A stretch of DNA of 64,000 bases, taken from the NCBI GenBank assembly GCA_011109175.1, contig RDEW01000029.1, positions 592,158-656,157 of the forward strand. The letters run 5' to 3'. Origin of the DNA: Dicyema japonicum. Lineage: Eukaryota; Animalia; Dicyemida. The translations under genes and the position numbers were made by a program. The first letter of the stretch is position 1; each line of letters starts with the position of its first letter. This document shows, piece by piece, positions 38,881-51,824 of this stretch. Under the pieces are notes generated by a model. That model searched no databases and was not told the DNA's origin. It worked only from the letters and a program-made list of their open reading frames with translations.

Positions 38881-39464
38881 ACAACAGTAGCCATGAATAC
38901 GAAGGAACTGAATAACTAATTGGATATTTTTGTGTTTGATGAAAGGAATCTCCTCCCACAGTAGTTAAAACAAGTCGAAGTAGAAAAACTGCATAAATAC
39001 GATCTACTTGCTAGCGAGTTGGCATCTACAATGTTAAAGTAAACACAGCACCAATAGTACTAACATGAAATGGCACTGTGAGCAAGTTCTATAAACTCTA
39101 CCAAAACACACTCTAAGTGGATGACATTCTACGGGCATATATTCAGACTGTTGTGATCTGAGAGACTCTTGAGAGTATGTGGTAGAACATAAGTATGGGT
39201 TGGTCAGACCGAATGGTTTGGGGGAAACTAATATCAGTATTGAATGAACGACTAAGAACGTGCTATTGAAGGATATTGTTTGCCTGAATGTCTGAATGAT
39301 GAAATTGAGGAAAGGAAAACTTAACCCATGACTGCTCAAACAATTTATTACGAAGAACTGGAAGTGTGAGTGAGGCTGGCTCTAAGAGGAGGCAAATTAA
39401 CTGAAAAAAAATTTAACACATCAATTTATCTAATTTTTAAATAAACTGATCCATTTTTATTATA

Positions 39465-39650
39465 CATCGAATCTCGCTGCTTTACATTTCGGCTGAAGGT
39501 TACACGCATTTACGATGCTTCGGATTGACAAGTGACGTTGCTATCAGTGACTACTTCACTGCGGGACCGTATCGTCTACTGAGACTTGCACACAAAAAAA
39601 TAAAAAAATGAAGAACATTCCTTGGTTCTCTTATTCTACAATTAATCCTC
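39465..39650 (+). mobile_element. Truncated SINE copy (B-box and body)
   Basis: TCGAATCTCGCTGCT..GAAGGTTACACGCATTTACGA..CACAC-A-rich-GAAGAACATTCCTTGGTT matches 60566-60700. Confidence 0.65.
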
Positions 39651-39992
39651 TTAGTCCATTAGGCTAGTTCATTATAGGAGGGAAAATGCTAATTGAGGAC
39701 CTGGCTAATGTTTGCATCCTAAACAACCCTACCCATAACACAAGAATACTGATAAACTATCATCCTTTAACCTTTCTTAGTATCCAAACCTTTGGCTCAG
39801 CAAATCTGCGCTAAGTGACCACAAACCGCAATTCAAGAAGATATCTCCCAAAAATAATCAATTATTATTCCGCATAATGTAGATGCTTCTGCCAATACGT
39901 ATATCAGGCTCTTATAAGAACATCATCTATCCTCCATAAAGCAAATTATTAGATTGTTCAACAAGCTAACAAGCAGCCTCCTTTACAACACC

Positions 39993-41745
39993 CTTATTAT
40001 TATGGCACTTTCACGAAAGCCATAATGTTTATAGCCCCGCATGTGCAACACTCAAAGAAACAATATTTATAGTTAATCTTTTCATCTTCCTCTGTCGAAT
40101 GCGAGTGATCTCAATTCGTCCAGGTCGTCCCCGTCTTTAAATTTTTTCTCACATAGTTTAGTCTTTGTTTAAGGCAGTCGGAATGTCGATCTAGGTCGTC
40201 CGAGTAAGGGTTTCTCGCAACTGTCAAAGTAATCTTCCATCGCTTTGTTAGCGGGTGCGTCTGGGTTCATTCTTAATACATGCCCAAATAGCCTCCACCG
40301 GGCATCTATCACATGTTTGCTGATGTACGAACACATACACTTGTTGTGGTTGATATTCTACGTGGCCACTCCATTCCGAGTAAGCTTCTTAGATGCCTTC
40401 TATGGAACAAATCCAGTTTCAATAGTTCGTTGAAGGAACTTCCCCATGTCCCAGCGTTGTACATTAGGATCGGTTTCACAAACACGTTGTAAAGCCTGCA
40501 TCTGATGTCCAAGTCCTTTGGCTCTTAGCCATCCTTTCTTCAGTTTAGCCATTGCCGCATTTGCCAGTGTTTCCTCCTTAGTACATCTTCAGCGTCTCCT
40601 AGTAGAGACCGAGCTTATTACTACGTCTCCATCTTTCATGAGTAATATCGTCTTCTCTTTTGATTTCCGTAATTTCAGTTTTGTTTAACATTTACGCTAA
40701 GAAACCATTTTTCAAGCTCCGCAGGTGCATTTTCTAGTAGGTGTTGGAGTGCGGTACATCCCGTGATACGAAATCCACATCATCCGCATAAGATGTCTCT
40801 TCTATGTCTCCTATGTAGCATTTACGGAGGTCGCGGAGTGCAGTTTCAAGGTATATGGTGAATATTAAAGGGGAGAGGGAATCACCCTGATGTGTCCCAA
40901 TCGTTGTTTTGAAGCTGCGGGAAGTTGCTCCTTCTGTCCTCACAGATAGTTTGTGTTCGCAAGTAGTAGACTGATTATCTAACCGACGATTCATCCAATT
41001 CATCAGTTTTTGTCTGTTTATTGAGTCGAAAGCTCAAGCACATTCATCAGTTTCTGTCTGTTTATTGAGTCGAAAGCTCTGGAGAGATCTATTCCCAACA
41101 CGGTCGTTGCGCAGCGCCATCTGTGGCTCCATACAATGTCTACCGTAGACCTCCCTTCTCGGAACCCACTTTGACTTGCTGGTAGGTATAGATCCGCCAC
41201 ACCCTTTATCCGGCTAAGTGCAATGTTTGCCAACACCTTGCGTATCGAATTCAGAAGTATTATCGGGCGGAGATTTTATACTGGTCTTTTGATTTGTTCG
41301 GTTTTTGTATGGGTATTAATAATCCATTTCCAAGTCCTAGATCGATATTAGTTCAAAGATGTCATTTAGGCTTTTTGAATTGTGTCGCTAAGTTTTTTTG
41401 GTCCATATTTTAGGAGCTCAGGGCTTATGTTGTCCGACCAGCACTCTTGTTGTTCTTCAGTTTTTTAGCGCTAATTCCACCTCTTCCACTGTGATTGGGA
41501 TTTTTAGCGCCTTTGCTTTTTTCTGGAAAGGGGGAAGTCCTTATTTTCTTTATTCTACAGTGTTTCGAAGTGTCGTGCAATTTTGAAGTGTTTTTTCTTC
41601 GGGTTACCCATGAATTTTCCATCTCTGTCTTTGATGTGAAGGTGTTTTGTCCTTCCTTTTTCCGCAGCAGCCGCAAAGCCGCATTACATCCTTGAATTGT
41701 CCTTTAGGCATTCCACATCTTTTAATAGGGATATTTTCCGTGAGT
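39993..41745 (-). mobile_element. RTE-type LINE, RT and 3' half
   Basis: QSGFREGRST, IDLSRAFDS, QGDSLSP, YADDVD, YNAGTW..FHRRHLRSLLG; 3' tail GCGGGGCTATAAACATTATGGCTTTCGTGAAAG followed by (TAA)n. Confidence 0.88.
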
Positions 41746-41814
41746 GTGGGCCAATTTGGGAATTTGGCTAATTTGGGAATTTGAAACATCTGGGTACTTT
41801 TTTTTTATTTTAAT

Positions 41815-42965
41815 TTAAAAACCAAGAATCACCGACAAAACAAAGTCAGACGATCCCGGCCCCCTTGAGAAGCCGCCTCATCTTTTCTCGATGTTCCTTC
41901 CGAGTGCCGACGCACTTCCTATAAAGACGAATCACTTTTCGGAAGTTTAGGGGTTTTGGCTGAGCTCCCGTTCTCCTTACGAGTTCGTCGAACAAAGTTG
42001 GTTTTAATGACGAGGAGGATCTTTGTAGGGTTTTAGTTACTGTCTCTTGGAAGGAGTTTAATTTCTTTAGGTTGGTGTGGGATATGTTAGTACCCCATGC
42101 CGCGCAGCAATAACTGATTGACGGAAGTATGTATTGGTAGTAGAGATGATCTATTGTTGGGTGGAAACATCTTTTGTAGTATCCAAGTAACGTTTTTACA
42201 AAGTTTGGTTTTCGCAGGAAAGAGGAGACGATGTTGCGCACATATTTGCTGAAGGTCAAGTGACCCCCAGGATTTTGGTTGAATTTTTTGAAAGGATTGT
42301 CCAGATAGTGTCAATGAAGGTGCCGAGTTGTCAATTTTCTATTGGAAGTAAAAATCATGGAGCACGATTTTTCAGGACTTGTGTGTTTCTGGTTACTAAT
42401 AAGCCTACAGTTCAGGTTTTCTGTAATTCTTGTAAACGGGTATTGGTCTCTTTTTGCCATGATTAAGTCGTCAGCATAAGCAAGGAATAGAGTATCGTTG
42501 CTGCTGAAGGAAGGCATGTCGCTCATAAAGAAGTTGAAGAGAATCGATGAGAGTACCCAATTCGGCAGAAATTTAGTTACAGAAAATATGAAATGTGAAA
42601 TTACTCTTTCTCTTGGTCCGTTGATGAAGTTTACAAGCCAAATTTTCATGTTTGAAATATTAGAGTCATAAATATTCATGGTGAGCAGTTTCCTCAGTAT
42701 CGAGTCAAAAGCTTTCTGTATGTCAATGAAAAACATAATGGTCTTTTGATGCAGAGGTTTGCATTGTAGGACTTCCTTGATGAATTCCGTCAAGCAAGTA
42801 AAGTTAGTAGTTTTGGAGCGAGTCATCTTAAAACCATGTTGGAAGGATACGCGCGAAAGGTAAGGTTTAATTTGATTGAGAATGAGATTATCAAGGATTT
42901 TGGAAGTGGACACATGAGGGATATTGGTCTGTATGAAGCTGGTGAGTCCTTCGACCGTCCAGCTT
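41815..42965 (-). mobile_element. I-group LINE subfamily C (5'-truncated) nested in the RTE element
   Basis: DSPASYRPISL, FQHGFK, IDIQKAFDS, YADDL; ORF ends ..GAGIV* plus hairpin. Confidence 0.88.
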
Positions 42966-43074
42966 TTAGATAAAATTTTTGTTTGAAAATTTGATTTCTT
43001 ATAAAATTATTGAAAAAGATTAGTAAAAATAATTTTTTAATAATGTGTGGCCAATTTGACAATTGGCCATCATT

Positions 43075-43995
43075 TAGCAGGAGTTCATTAGACTTTCGGC
43101 AGATAATGTAGTCGATTTGATTATATATATTCACGGTCTCCCCGACAGAGTTTTTTCTTTGTCCGTGCCACGTCGTCTTGTGGCAAGCTGAGTGCGTAAA
43201 GACCGTGTTGTACAGGAAAGGGCTATTTGCCTCGCAGAAATTCACTAGAGAGGTTCCAGGTGCATTTCTCCTTCCGCAACCGTGTCCTTCAATAGAGGAT
43301 TCTTCGGGCCCCATTCGCATTCCGGCCTTTGCATTCATATCTCCCGCAACAAAGACAAGGGACGAGGAAGCATTATTAAAGTATGTGCTTGATAGTTCTG
43401 ACTAGAATTCCTCGAGCTCACTGGGTTCTTGATTACTCGTCCACAGTGTGGTGAAAAGACATTTATGACAGTTAATAGACTATTGAACAGGCATAGTTCA
43501 TTTAGTTTGACTTGTAGGACACATATTCGGTCGTTGACTCTTTAATAGCGATGTAATTTTTTTGAGGTAATCCACGTGTAGGGCAAATCCCATGCCGTAG
43601 TGCTTGTATTCAGTTGGGAAGAGAATCAGTCGGTAGTTGTTCCATGTCTCTTCACATCCGTTTTCGATTTTCGTCTATTGTAGGAAGCCAATAGATATTT
43701 TGTATTTCTCGAGATCGTCACAAAGTACTTTCCTTGTCCAATCTTTCGATATTCCACGTACGTTGAACGTCATTAGCCTGAGTTCTCGATTGTATAATGA
43801 GTGTTTTTCAGACATTTTTCTTAACCGTTGTACAGAGAAGAAACGAGGTAGCAAGGCATGTGCAACACAAGAAACGATGTTATTAGCTAGCCTCTCGATC
43901 CTGGCAAGGACATTGCATGACAAATACACTATAACCTGTCTTATGTGAAACGTATCGAGCCATCGATTCCGCAATCGAACAGGCCTAAGTACAAG
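43075..43995 (-). mobile_element. RTE-type LINE 5' half (APE endonuclease)
   Basis: TFNVRG, GFLQ, GDMNAK, NTVF.H..HKTTW, NQIDYI. Confidence 0.85.
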
Positions 43996-44054
43996 CATTA
44001 TATGTTAATATTAAATTCACAAATGGATTAAACATGTTTATTCGTAGATTAATA

Positions 44055-44905
44055 TTAATTAAATTAATTCCAAAGACCACTGTTAAACTGAAAAAACTAA
44101 ACTAAGTGATCCCGACAAATTAGATCAAGGCTCTCATCTTTGCTCGGTGTTGATCCCTTGAGCCTACACATGTTCGTTGCGGACGAGCACTTCTTTTTGG
44201 CAATTGGTGTCCTTTTTGTTTTTTTCGATTAGTTTCTCCATGGGCGTCGGTGATTTAATGTTTTCCTGTGTACCATCTCTCCGTTAGTTTGAAGGCCCTT
44301 TTCTGTGTTGCGAAGATTTTCTGGATGTTCGCATAAGAGTCAGTGGTCTCCATGAAGTACACGCACATGAAATGCATTGTTTGATGTACTGTGAGTAGAG
44401 CGTTTTAAATATAGGGTGATGTCCAATTTTCCATAGACCTGTTAGGCATTTCAGAAGGTTGATTTTCTTCTCACATTTGTTCAACACGTTAGTGACATGT
44501 CTCGAAAAGTTCATGTGCGTATCAAAAGTCAGACCCAATAATTTTTCCATTTGCTGAACGGCAATTCTCTTCCCTCACAGTAACTTCTATTGTCCTGTTC
44601 GACAATCTTTTCTCCGAGGTATAAAAATTGTAACAGATTTTTTGGTATTGATTGACATCCGATTTTCATTAAACCACTCGAGTAGTCGATCCATGTGGTG
44701 TTGTATTCTTTCCGTCGCTGTTTGGGTGTTCTGATCCGTGAGGCTAAGACGATATCGTCTGCATAAGCCAGAAGCAGGTTGTCTTCTCTATTCAGCGTCT
44801 GAGTGTCAGCCGTAAATAGGTTAAATAGTAATGGTGATAGCGGCGAGCCCTGGGGTACTCCATTTGGGAATAAACGGGAAACAGAATAAATGTTTCCAAT
44901 GACTA
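44055..44905 (-). mobile_element. I-group LINE subfamily B, 3' portion
   Basis: GVPQGSPLSPLLFNLF, YADD, KLLGLTFD; close copy at 57880-58560. Confidence 0.9.
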
Positions 44906-45030
44906 ATATTCAAAAGTTGTAAACTATAAGAACATAATATTATTAAATTCCAAATCTAATCAAAAATTAATACAAAATGTTATATTTATTTTTAATTAAT
45001 TTGAAGTAAATAAATTAAATAAAGACTGAC

Positions 45031-45474
45031 ATGGACGATATTAGGTTGATGTGATGATTTATTTAGATGGATAAATGTTTATCCTTCATACATAAATAAA
45101 AACAGAACAGTTAAGAGAGGAAGAAGAATATCAAAAGAACAGGCATAAAAGTTTATTTACATTAGGCTGTGGAAAATCCAACAGCAGCCGAGATAAACAT
45201 GGCAGTCCTTAAACTAGAACTCCAATGCAAACTCGAATCTGACAAAGTATATCCACGTGAATTAGATTCTTTTGATAAATTTTCTCGAGGTCGTGTAAAA
45301 GTACAGTTGACGGATTCAAATGGAGTTGCTTTGAAGTCTGAGATACCTTCTAGTAAGTCAATATTTTATATTAAAGAAATAATTTTATTACGATTAATAT
45401 CATCCACAATTCCATTAATACGTGAAAAAGTTGTTGTCCAACAAACTAAACCTAAGAAAAACAAAAAACATTAA
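45031..45474 (+). CDS. SRP19: Signal recognition particle 19 kDa protein
   Basis: R|WINVYPSYINKNRTVKRGRRISKEQ|AVENPT..K.YPRE..RGRVKVQL; introns 22 nt, 23 nt (GC-AG) and 24 nt. Confidence 0.95.
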
Positions 45475-47214
45475 TTTATTATTTGAATATATTCTAATTT
45501 ATATTTTTCATTCATTCCTATAAAGTTAACAAGTCTAACCTACCGACTATTCATTGCATTTTAACCAAATCCCAATTTTTACTAAAGAAATGAGAGTAAA
45601 CGGGTTACATAGCGGCTGCCCTGATTACGTGGCTATTCCCTCTCAGGATAGCGAGCGAGATTCGCTCAAATAACCAGCAGCGCACACGAGGGTCTTCTAA
45701 CCAATAAAACACAGTCTATTGCAATTTTTATCGACAACAAAGCTAATCATTAGGACTATTTTTGATTTTGTGTCAAATATATCTACAGGAAGATATTAAG
45801 TATATATAAAAAAGTCAATCAAATCACTTTAAACCAAGTGATGATCATAACAGCAAAATTAAAGAACGACCGTACTTCAGAATTTGGCATCTATCCAGAA
45901 CTGCTAAAATAAAGTTTCTTCACTACAATTGGAGACATACTAAATGAATTACTCAGTGACATTATGTGTTTCATCAGCTCTGGTGGCGTCCATAGGGCAC
46001 CTATTATGCCCCAAAATAAAATCGATCACTCCACCGGATGACACTTTCCTTCCTGGTTACCTGTTCCAACCGTGATTTTAACTCCAGAAAATGTGCTACA
46101 ATGAATCAGGATCACATGATTAGTTAGTGATCTTTAGATTTTCCCATTTTAATTTCTACTGGTAAAAATGTTTTTAATTCTTATACAAAAACTTAACAAG
46201 AGAGTGCCACAGCAATACCTGGCATGGACAGTTTTTGACAGTATCCGCTGTTGACAAAGATTTAATACACGTAATATTGGTACTGTTTTGCTGACAGTAT
46301 GGGTAAGTAAGATCTCATGGGAATTCGAAACGTGTATGAATGTACCTAAGAAAACTCGCTATCGCCACTGTTTTTCGTGATCTGCCTAGACTCAGTGACT
46401 ATTGAAAACTATAAAAACACGACTAAACACCTTTTGAAATTGTGGAACGGGCTAAAGCGGTTCAAAAACTCAAGAGAGGCAACAAGTTGAAAGAACCATA
46501 AAATAACCGAAATGAACTAAGAAAATAATGGAATGCTATGAGCGTATCAGTTAAATTCATTACAAGAAACTGAAAGACTCTCCTTTTTCTTTACAAAAAC
46601 CAAGACGTTCTTTAACAATATAACTTTAACTGAGTTTGATAATACAATCGAAAGCTAATATACTTGTGTGGATCGATCGGAATACGCATAAATATTATTT
46701 AAAAATTTTACTCCATTGTCTCTCATAGACTTAAAGCGGATATATAACTTGTTAATCAATCTGAATTCTTGATATGATTTTGCTATATCTCAAAAAAGTC
46801 TCTCAACAACACATATTTTTCTTTCCTTAACTAAATGGTGATTATTAATCTTTAAAAATAAATTAAATGTCAAAATATTCTCTTCTTCCCCCACTTAGAA
46901 ATAGAAATTGAAGATTCAAGTGCTGTTTACATTTGAAGATTCAAATGCTTCGCGAAACAAGTGCTAATACTCAACACAAGTTTTTCTAGTGTCTTCCAAA
47001 TAGTAGTACATGGAGAATTTACTGTATTTGAGTTTTTTACCCTTCTAATAAATGTAAAGCATCCAAGGTTAGTAGGCCACCTTTCAGAAGATTCCAGAAA
47101 GGTAGGGGAAGTCGAACGGTTCTCTTTCATGCAGAACTTGCACTGAGCGCCACCACAACAACAGGTGAACCACATGACGCCACGTTTTTTATCGATTCGC
47201 CATTCATTTTACAA

Positions 47215-47580
47215 GGATGGAGCTTGTGAATTCTTTCAGACGGAAGATCATGAGGCACTTACAATCAGACTCCACATCCGTCCCCAGTCTGCTTTCAGAG
47301 GAGGCAACGTTGAAGAATGGCCAGGGTTTTTTTACGTTTCTGCAAGGAACTGGGAAACCCACTCAAGGAAAAAGTGGCCCATGCAGAAAAATTTCGGTAG
47401 GTTATAAAAAAGTGCACGCCGTTTGAATTCCTTTGCAGAAGGAAGAGATCGCGCTTCCAGAATGCGGTTGGGTCATCAGAAGACCAGATGAAGAGAGTTC
47501 TGATGTTGTTGGAGGCTGGGATCACCTAATTAGTTAGTTTTGACCTATCTTTCTTGGTGGTCTTGGGGTTAAATAAATTA
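47215..47580 (+). mobile_element. I-group LINE subfamily A, 3' end
   Basis: Nearly identical to the reverse complement of 50275-50640. Confidence 0.9.
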
Positions 47581-47954
47581 AAAAAATCCAAGGTTAGAAC
47601 AATAGGTAAATTTCGACTTTGGTTTTAACCATTTGTTGGCGAGTTAACTGACCAATAAATCGTACTTATAGAGTTTTTCTATTTTAATATAATTTAATTT
47701 ATCCGGAGAAGTAACCACTACTTTAACTAGCTAGCTAAGTTTCATTCATTTCTGTGTCAAATATACTACGTGGGAATTTTGTGCACCACTTACAAATAAT
47801 ATATTTTTTGTAAAAAGCAGAGCAGGAAAGAACCTTGTTCAAAAGTTCATCACTTAATATTTTGTCTAGATTATTCGATAGTCGCGTGATTGACATAATT
47901 AGTTATGGGGGATTTATGGTCATGATATATTAGTTGTTTTTTAATCAACAAAGA

Positions 47955-48180
47955 CATTTCCCTTGATAATCTGCAAGGAAATGCGCTCAATGACCAGCTC
48001 CATTCTCTCCCATCATTTTTTTTGCAATGAGGGATCTGATTCTGTTTAGGAGTACCAGTGACCTGTTTCTTATGATTCCTGACGTTTCCACGGCGACTGA
48101 TTCAAAAATGAACTCTACCAAGACATGCGTATTTCTTCAACTAGGGTCTCAGTTTTTTCCGAAGCATAGCCTGGGTTAGT
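47955..48180 (-). mobile_element. CRE-clade 3' end
   Basis: KKYA..SVAVETSG..IERISLQIIKGN; sister copy at 57272-57445 (+). Confidence 0.7.
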
Positions 48181-48322
48181 CGATTTCAAAAAAATCATGA
48201 AACGATAATAATCATGAAAATGATTAAATTTTTGTCATAAAAATAAAATTATTTTTAAAATAAAAATTATTTATATTATATAAAAACGTGCATTTTTATT
48301 AGTTTTACGTTGTTCTAGTCTT

Positions 48323-49466
48323 ATGTGTGATCTGCGATCAAATTCATGTCAATTCATTCGTCTTTTCTATGGACTACTTGGGAAGGACCAATCGAAACTT
48401 ATTAAGTATTTATATGCTAAGTTCTAGTTTATATTCTCCGAATGCGGAACATCAGGATAAACTGACAGATCGCATAATTAAGGGATATGATGTATTAAGT
48501 TTACATAAAATATAAGAATATATCCAAGTGTTTCGCATCTTTTGAATTTACTGGGAAGAGATTTCATATTGAAGAGTTTTCTGTATTTACTATAGACGAC
48601 CTTATTAATCTCACTGTTTTCGGTTTCCCTGTCAACTCGGCTGGAATCACTGAGGCTCATTTCGTCCATAATTTTATACTGACCAATCAGTTCAAAATCA
48701 ATTCTTCAAACTTTTCATCTCTAACAGCCAAATCAGTAGAGGATAATTACTCTGGTAGTTTCCTTCTTATATTACAGAATTGGAATCCCTAATGGGTTCA
48801 ATTGATATTTACTGTGAATCCAGTAATAGAAATGAACCTGCCATGGCTGAGCCTACTAAGGAACAATTAGAATCACCTAAAGAACCACGTGGTTGGGGAC
48901 CTAATATTTGTCCTCCAGGATTGACTCCTCCTGCCCATGGAATACTTCCAAAACATGTTATGGCTTTCACGAGATCCTCTCAGACACCACAGTATATCTT
49001 GTTAACATCCTAGAGGGGAAAATAAGCCTTCAGTGTCTAACCAGCGTCCACGAGGGCCATCCAGACAGAATGAGGGGCGTGAAAGATCATTTGGAGATGA
49101 CCACAAGCAACTGTTTGTTGGTAATCTGCCTGGAGACATAAAGGAAACTACTCTGTGGGAATATTTTTCACGTTTGTGATTTCTGTATGATAGGTTTTGG
49201 GAATGTGTTGGATGCACGAGTTTCACGAAGTAAGAATTATCCAAATTCAAGGGTTTTTATATTTTATTAGTCTTAGCCATTTGGATTTATTAGATTTGAC
49301 TCTGACGAACCTGTGATACGAGCATTGTCTCATAAGGTTGTATAATGTATTATTGTAGAATCATAATTTGGATGGACATAGAATAAATGTGGAACAGAAG
49401 AACAGCAATAGGGACGGGAGAGATAATAGAGGTGATCACGAACATGATCGATCCTCTAAGAAATAA
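48323..49466 (+). CDS. G3BP: G3BP/Rasputin (NTF2-like plus RRM stress-granule protein)
   Basis: NTF2 QFIRLFYGLL..FVHNFIL; RRM KQLFVGNLP..FGNV..PFGFIRFDSDEPV..RINVEQK; 7 introns (22,25,23,22,22,24,22 nt) give a continuous frame. Confidence 0.92.
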
Positions 49467-50274
49467 TTTCAATGATTCTGGTTTTTATTCTTTTAATTTC
49501 ATTGGAACTTTGTTTGTTTATTACTTTTATTTATTAAATCACTTTGTTTCTTCATCTTTCTTTTATATTATATACTTGGCTATGCCATTGTCATTTGACA
49601 ACAGGATCACAGATGTCTGTGGATTATATTTTTATACATCGACTAAATTACCCATAAATTCATATGTAAAATAATTGATCTAATAAACTAGGAATCGAAT
49701 GATTATATTACTCAAATAGTTAGAAGTAGGACACCTCACGAGCTGTCTAGAGGTAGAATCTGTAGCAATGTGAAAAGTTTTTCAACATTTATCGAGCGAC
49801 ACTTAACTCGACAAACGACCAGCCGACCCTTTTCTTTGACAAAACCTAATCTAAAAAGAAATTGAATTGTCTTTTACGCTCCAATTAACGATAGAGCCAC
49901 ATGATATCCGTCCAAGCCATTTAAGAGACTTTTTTCTCAGAAAGGGCCTGTTTCGGTGTCCGACTTGTATAGGCTATCACAAAACTAATCAAAAGGATGC
50001 TCTCTGGAAAATTACTTGGAACAATTCACACCATATTATGTTTTCTGCCAGACTACTTGCGTCGTTTAGCTTAAGCTGGCTCGCAAAGCAATCCTTTCCA
50101 CTCTCGTTCAAACAATTGCAACCTAAGAAAATGTCAGCACACCCAGAGGTTGCGAAATCTTCAGCAGCATACGCCGTGAAACAATTTTAGAAGATTGCTT
50201 CGAACTCTTTTTTTCAATCTACAGTCAGACCTCGATTCGATAAAACATCACGTTGGTTTTTGGAACATTTTTTT

Positions 50275-51330
50275 AATTTATTTATTTAACCCCAAGACCA
50301 CCAGGAAAGATAGGTCAAAACTAACTAATTAGGTGATCCCAGCCTCCAACAACATCAGAACTCTTTTCATTTGGTCTTCTGATGATCCAACCGCACTCCG
50401 GAAGCGTCTTTTCTTTCTTCTGCAAAGGAATTCAATCGGTGTGCACTTTTTTATAACCGACCGAAATTCCTCTGCATGGGCCACCTTTTCCTTGAGTGGG
50501 TTTCACAGTTCCTTGCAGAAACGTAGGAAACCCTGGCCATTCTTCAACGTCGCCTTTTCTGAAAGCAGACTGGGGACGGATGTGGAGTCTGATTGTAAGT
50601 GCCTCATGATCTTCCGTCTGAAAGAATTCACAAGCTCCACCCTCGTAGAAGGAATGGCGAATCTCCAGGCAGAACAGGCATATTCAATCGTCGGCGCAAT
50701 AACTTGGAGATATACTTTGCTGATACAAGCAGTAGGAGGGAAGGGGCTCTTCTCTACGATGACTTTTAGAACGTTCCATTTTCGAAGACCCTTGGTTAAC
50801 ACCTCCTCCGTGTGACTGGCAAACGTCATCAGAGAGTCGAAAATTACTCCAGGTATCTTCTGGATTCGTGTATAAAGGATGGGAATGTTCTCGAGGAATA
50901 TCTCAAGTCAATCTTTAAATCTTCTCTCCGTAGTAAATAGGGTGAACTGAGACATGGATGCAGATACAGACAGCAAATTCATGGATAGCCAGTCACACAC
51001 CTGGTTGAGGTGTGACTGAACCACCGCCACAGCCTGGAGGGAGATTTGTCCCATGCAGCGATAATCAAGTCGTCCGCATAAGATAAAAACATGGTCTCCT
51101 GATCATTGGTAGTATCGTATAGAAATAAGTTAAATAAAAAAGGAGACAGAGGGGAGCCTTGCGGGACCCATTGGGGAGTAGTCTTGTTTTGGAAGTGGTT
51201 TTGTCAATCCGGACCCTTCCGCGTCGCCCAGTTAAAAAATTTTCCAGCCATTGCTTGATGTTCGGATGTAAGTTGGGATTAAAAATCTTTTGCGCTAGGA
51301 GTTTTCTCGGTAAAGAATCAATTATAAATT
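50275..51330 (-). mobile_element. I-group LINE subfamily A, RT to 3' end
   Basis: DSLPRKLL, LPNG..QGSPL, YADD, IEYACSAW; ends AGIT* plus hairpin. Confidence 0.9.
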
Positions 51331-51399
51331 TAATACAATATCTCCAATGTTTAATGCATATTTTGATCCTATTCATTCTTTTATAATAAAGAGTATTCA

Positions 51400-51790
51400 T
51401 AACCTCTGAAAATTAAATTTAGAATTATTTTTGTAAATTAAAGACAAAAACCTTTACTAAATGTTTCGGTGTTGTTTTGACCGTCTGGCTCCGTTACTTC
51501 AACAGTATTTTCCGCAATAGTATTGAATCCCGGAATCCCTAGATATCTAAGAAACGGATAAACATCTGAAAAATAAAAGGAACAATTTACCTGTAGATCA
51601 GTGAGGCGTTAGATTGTATAAAACACGGCATTTCGAATATGCTTTATCCACTCTTTCTTGTCATCCGAAACCATCATTTTTAATCGTCTGATTGAATTTT
51701 TCAACAATCTCTGGGTACTCATCACACAATATGTAATATGACGTTCTTAAACTCGGTATCGTTGTCTAATTGCAGAAATCTAAAACCCCC
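51400..51790 (-). mobile_element. Decayed Ginger-type DDE integrase with a tiny intron
   Basis: LQLDNDTEFKN..IVEKFNQTIK..W..YNLTPH; GT-AG 25-nt intron at 51566-51590. Confidence 0.65.
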
Positions 51791-51824
51791 ATAATCAATA
51801 AAATTTCTTTTAATTTGTTAGTTA

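Noticed and set aside
40998-41079. Short direct repeats (also at 20441-20478, 36370-36432 and 63426-63481) as a CRISPR-like array
   Set aside because: Only two units each with no spacer series, in a eukaryotic context; simple local duplications mostly within decayed elements
46927-47175. CCCGGAQCKFC ORF, faintly like the PTPDC1 N-terminus
   Set aside because: No phosphatase domain follows; similarity too short
47215-50640. Large inverted repeat flanking G3BP as a composite transposon
   Set aside because: These are two independent subfamily A LINE 3' ends in opposite orientation with different truncation points and no shared TSD
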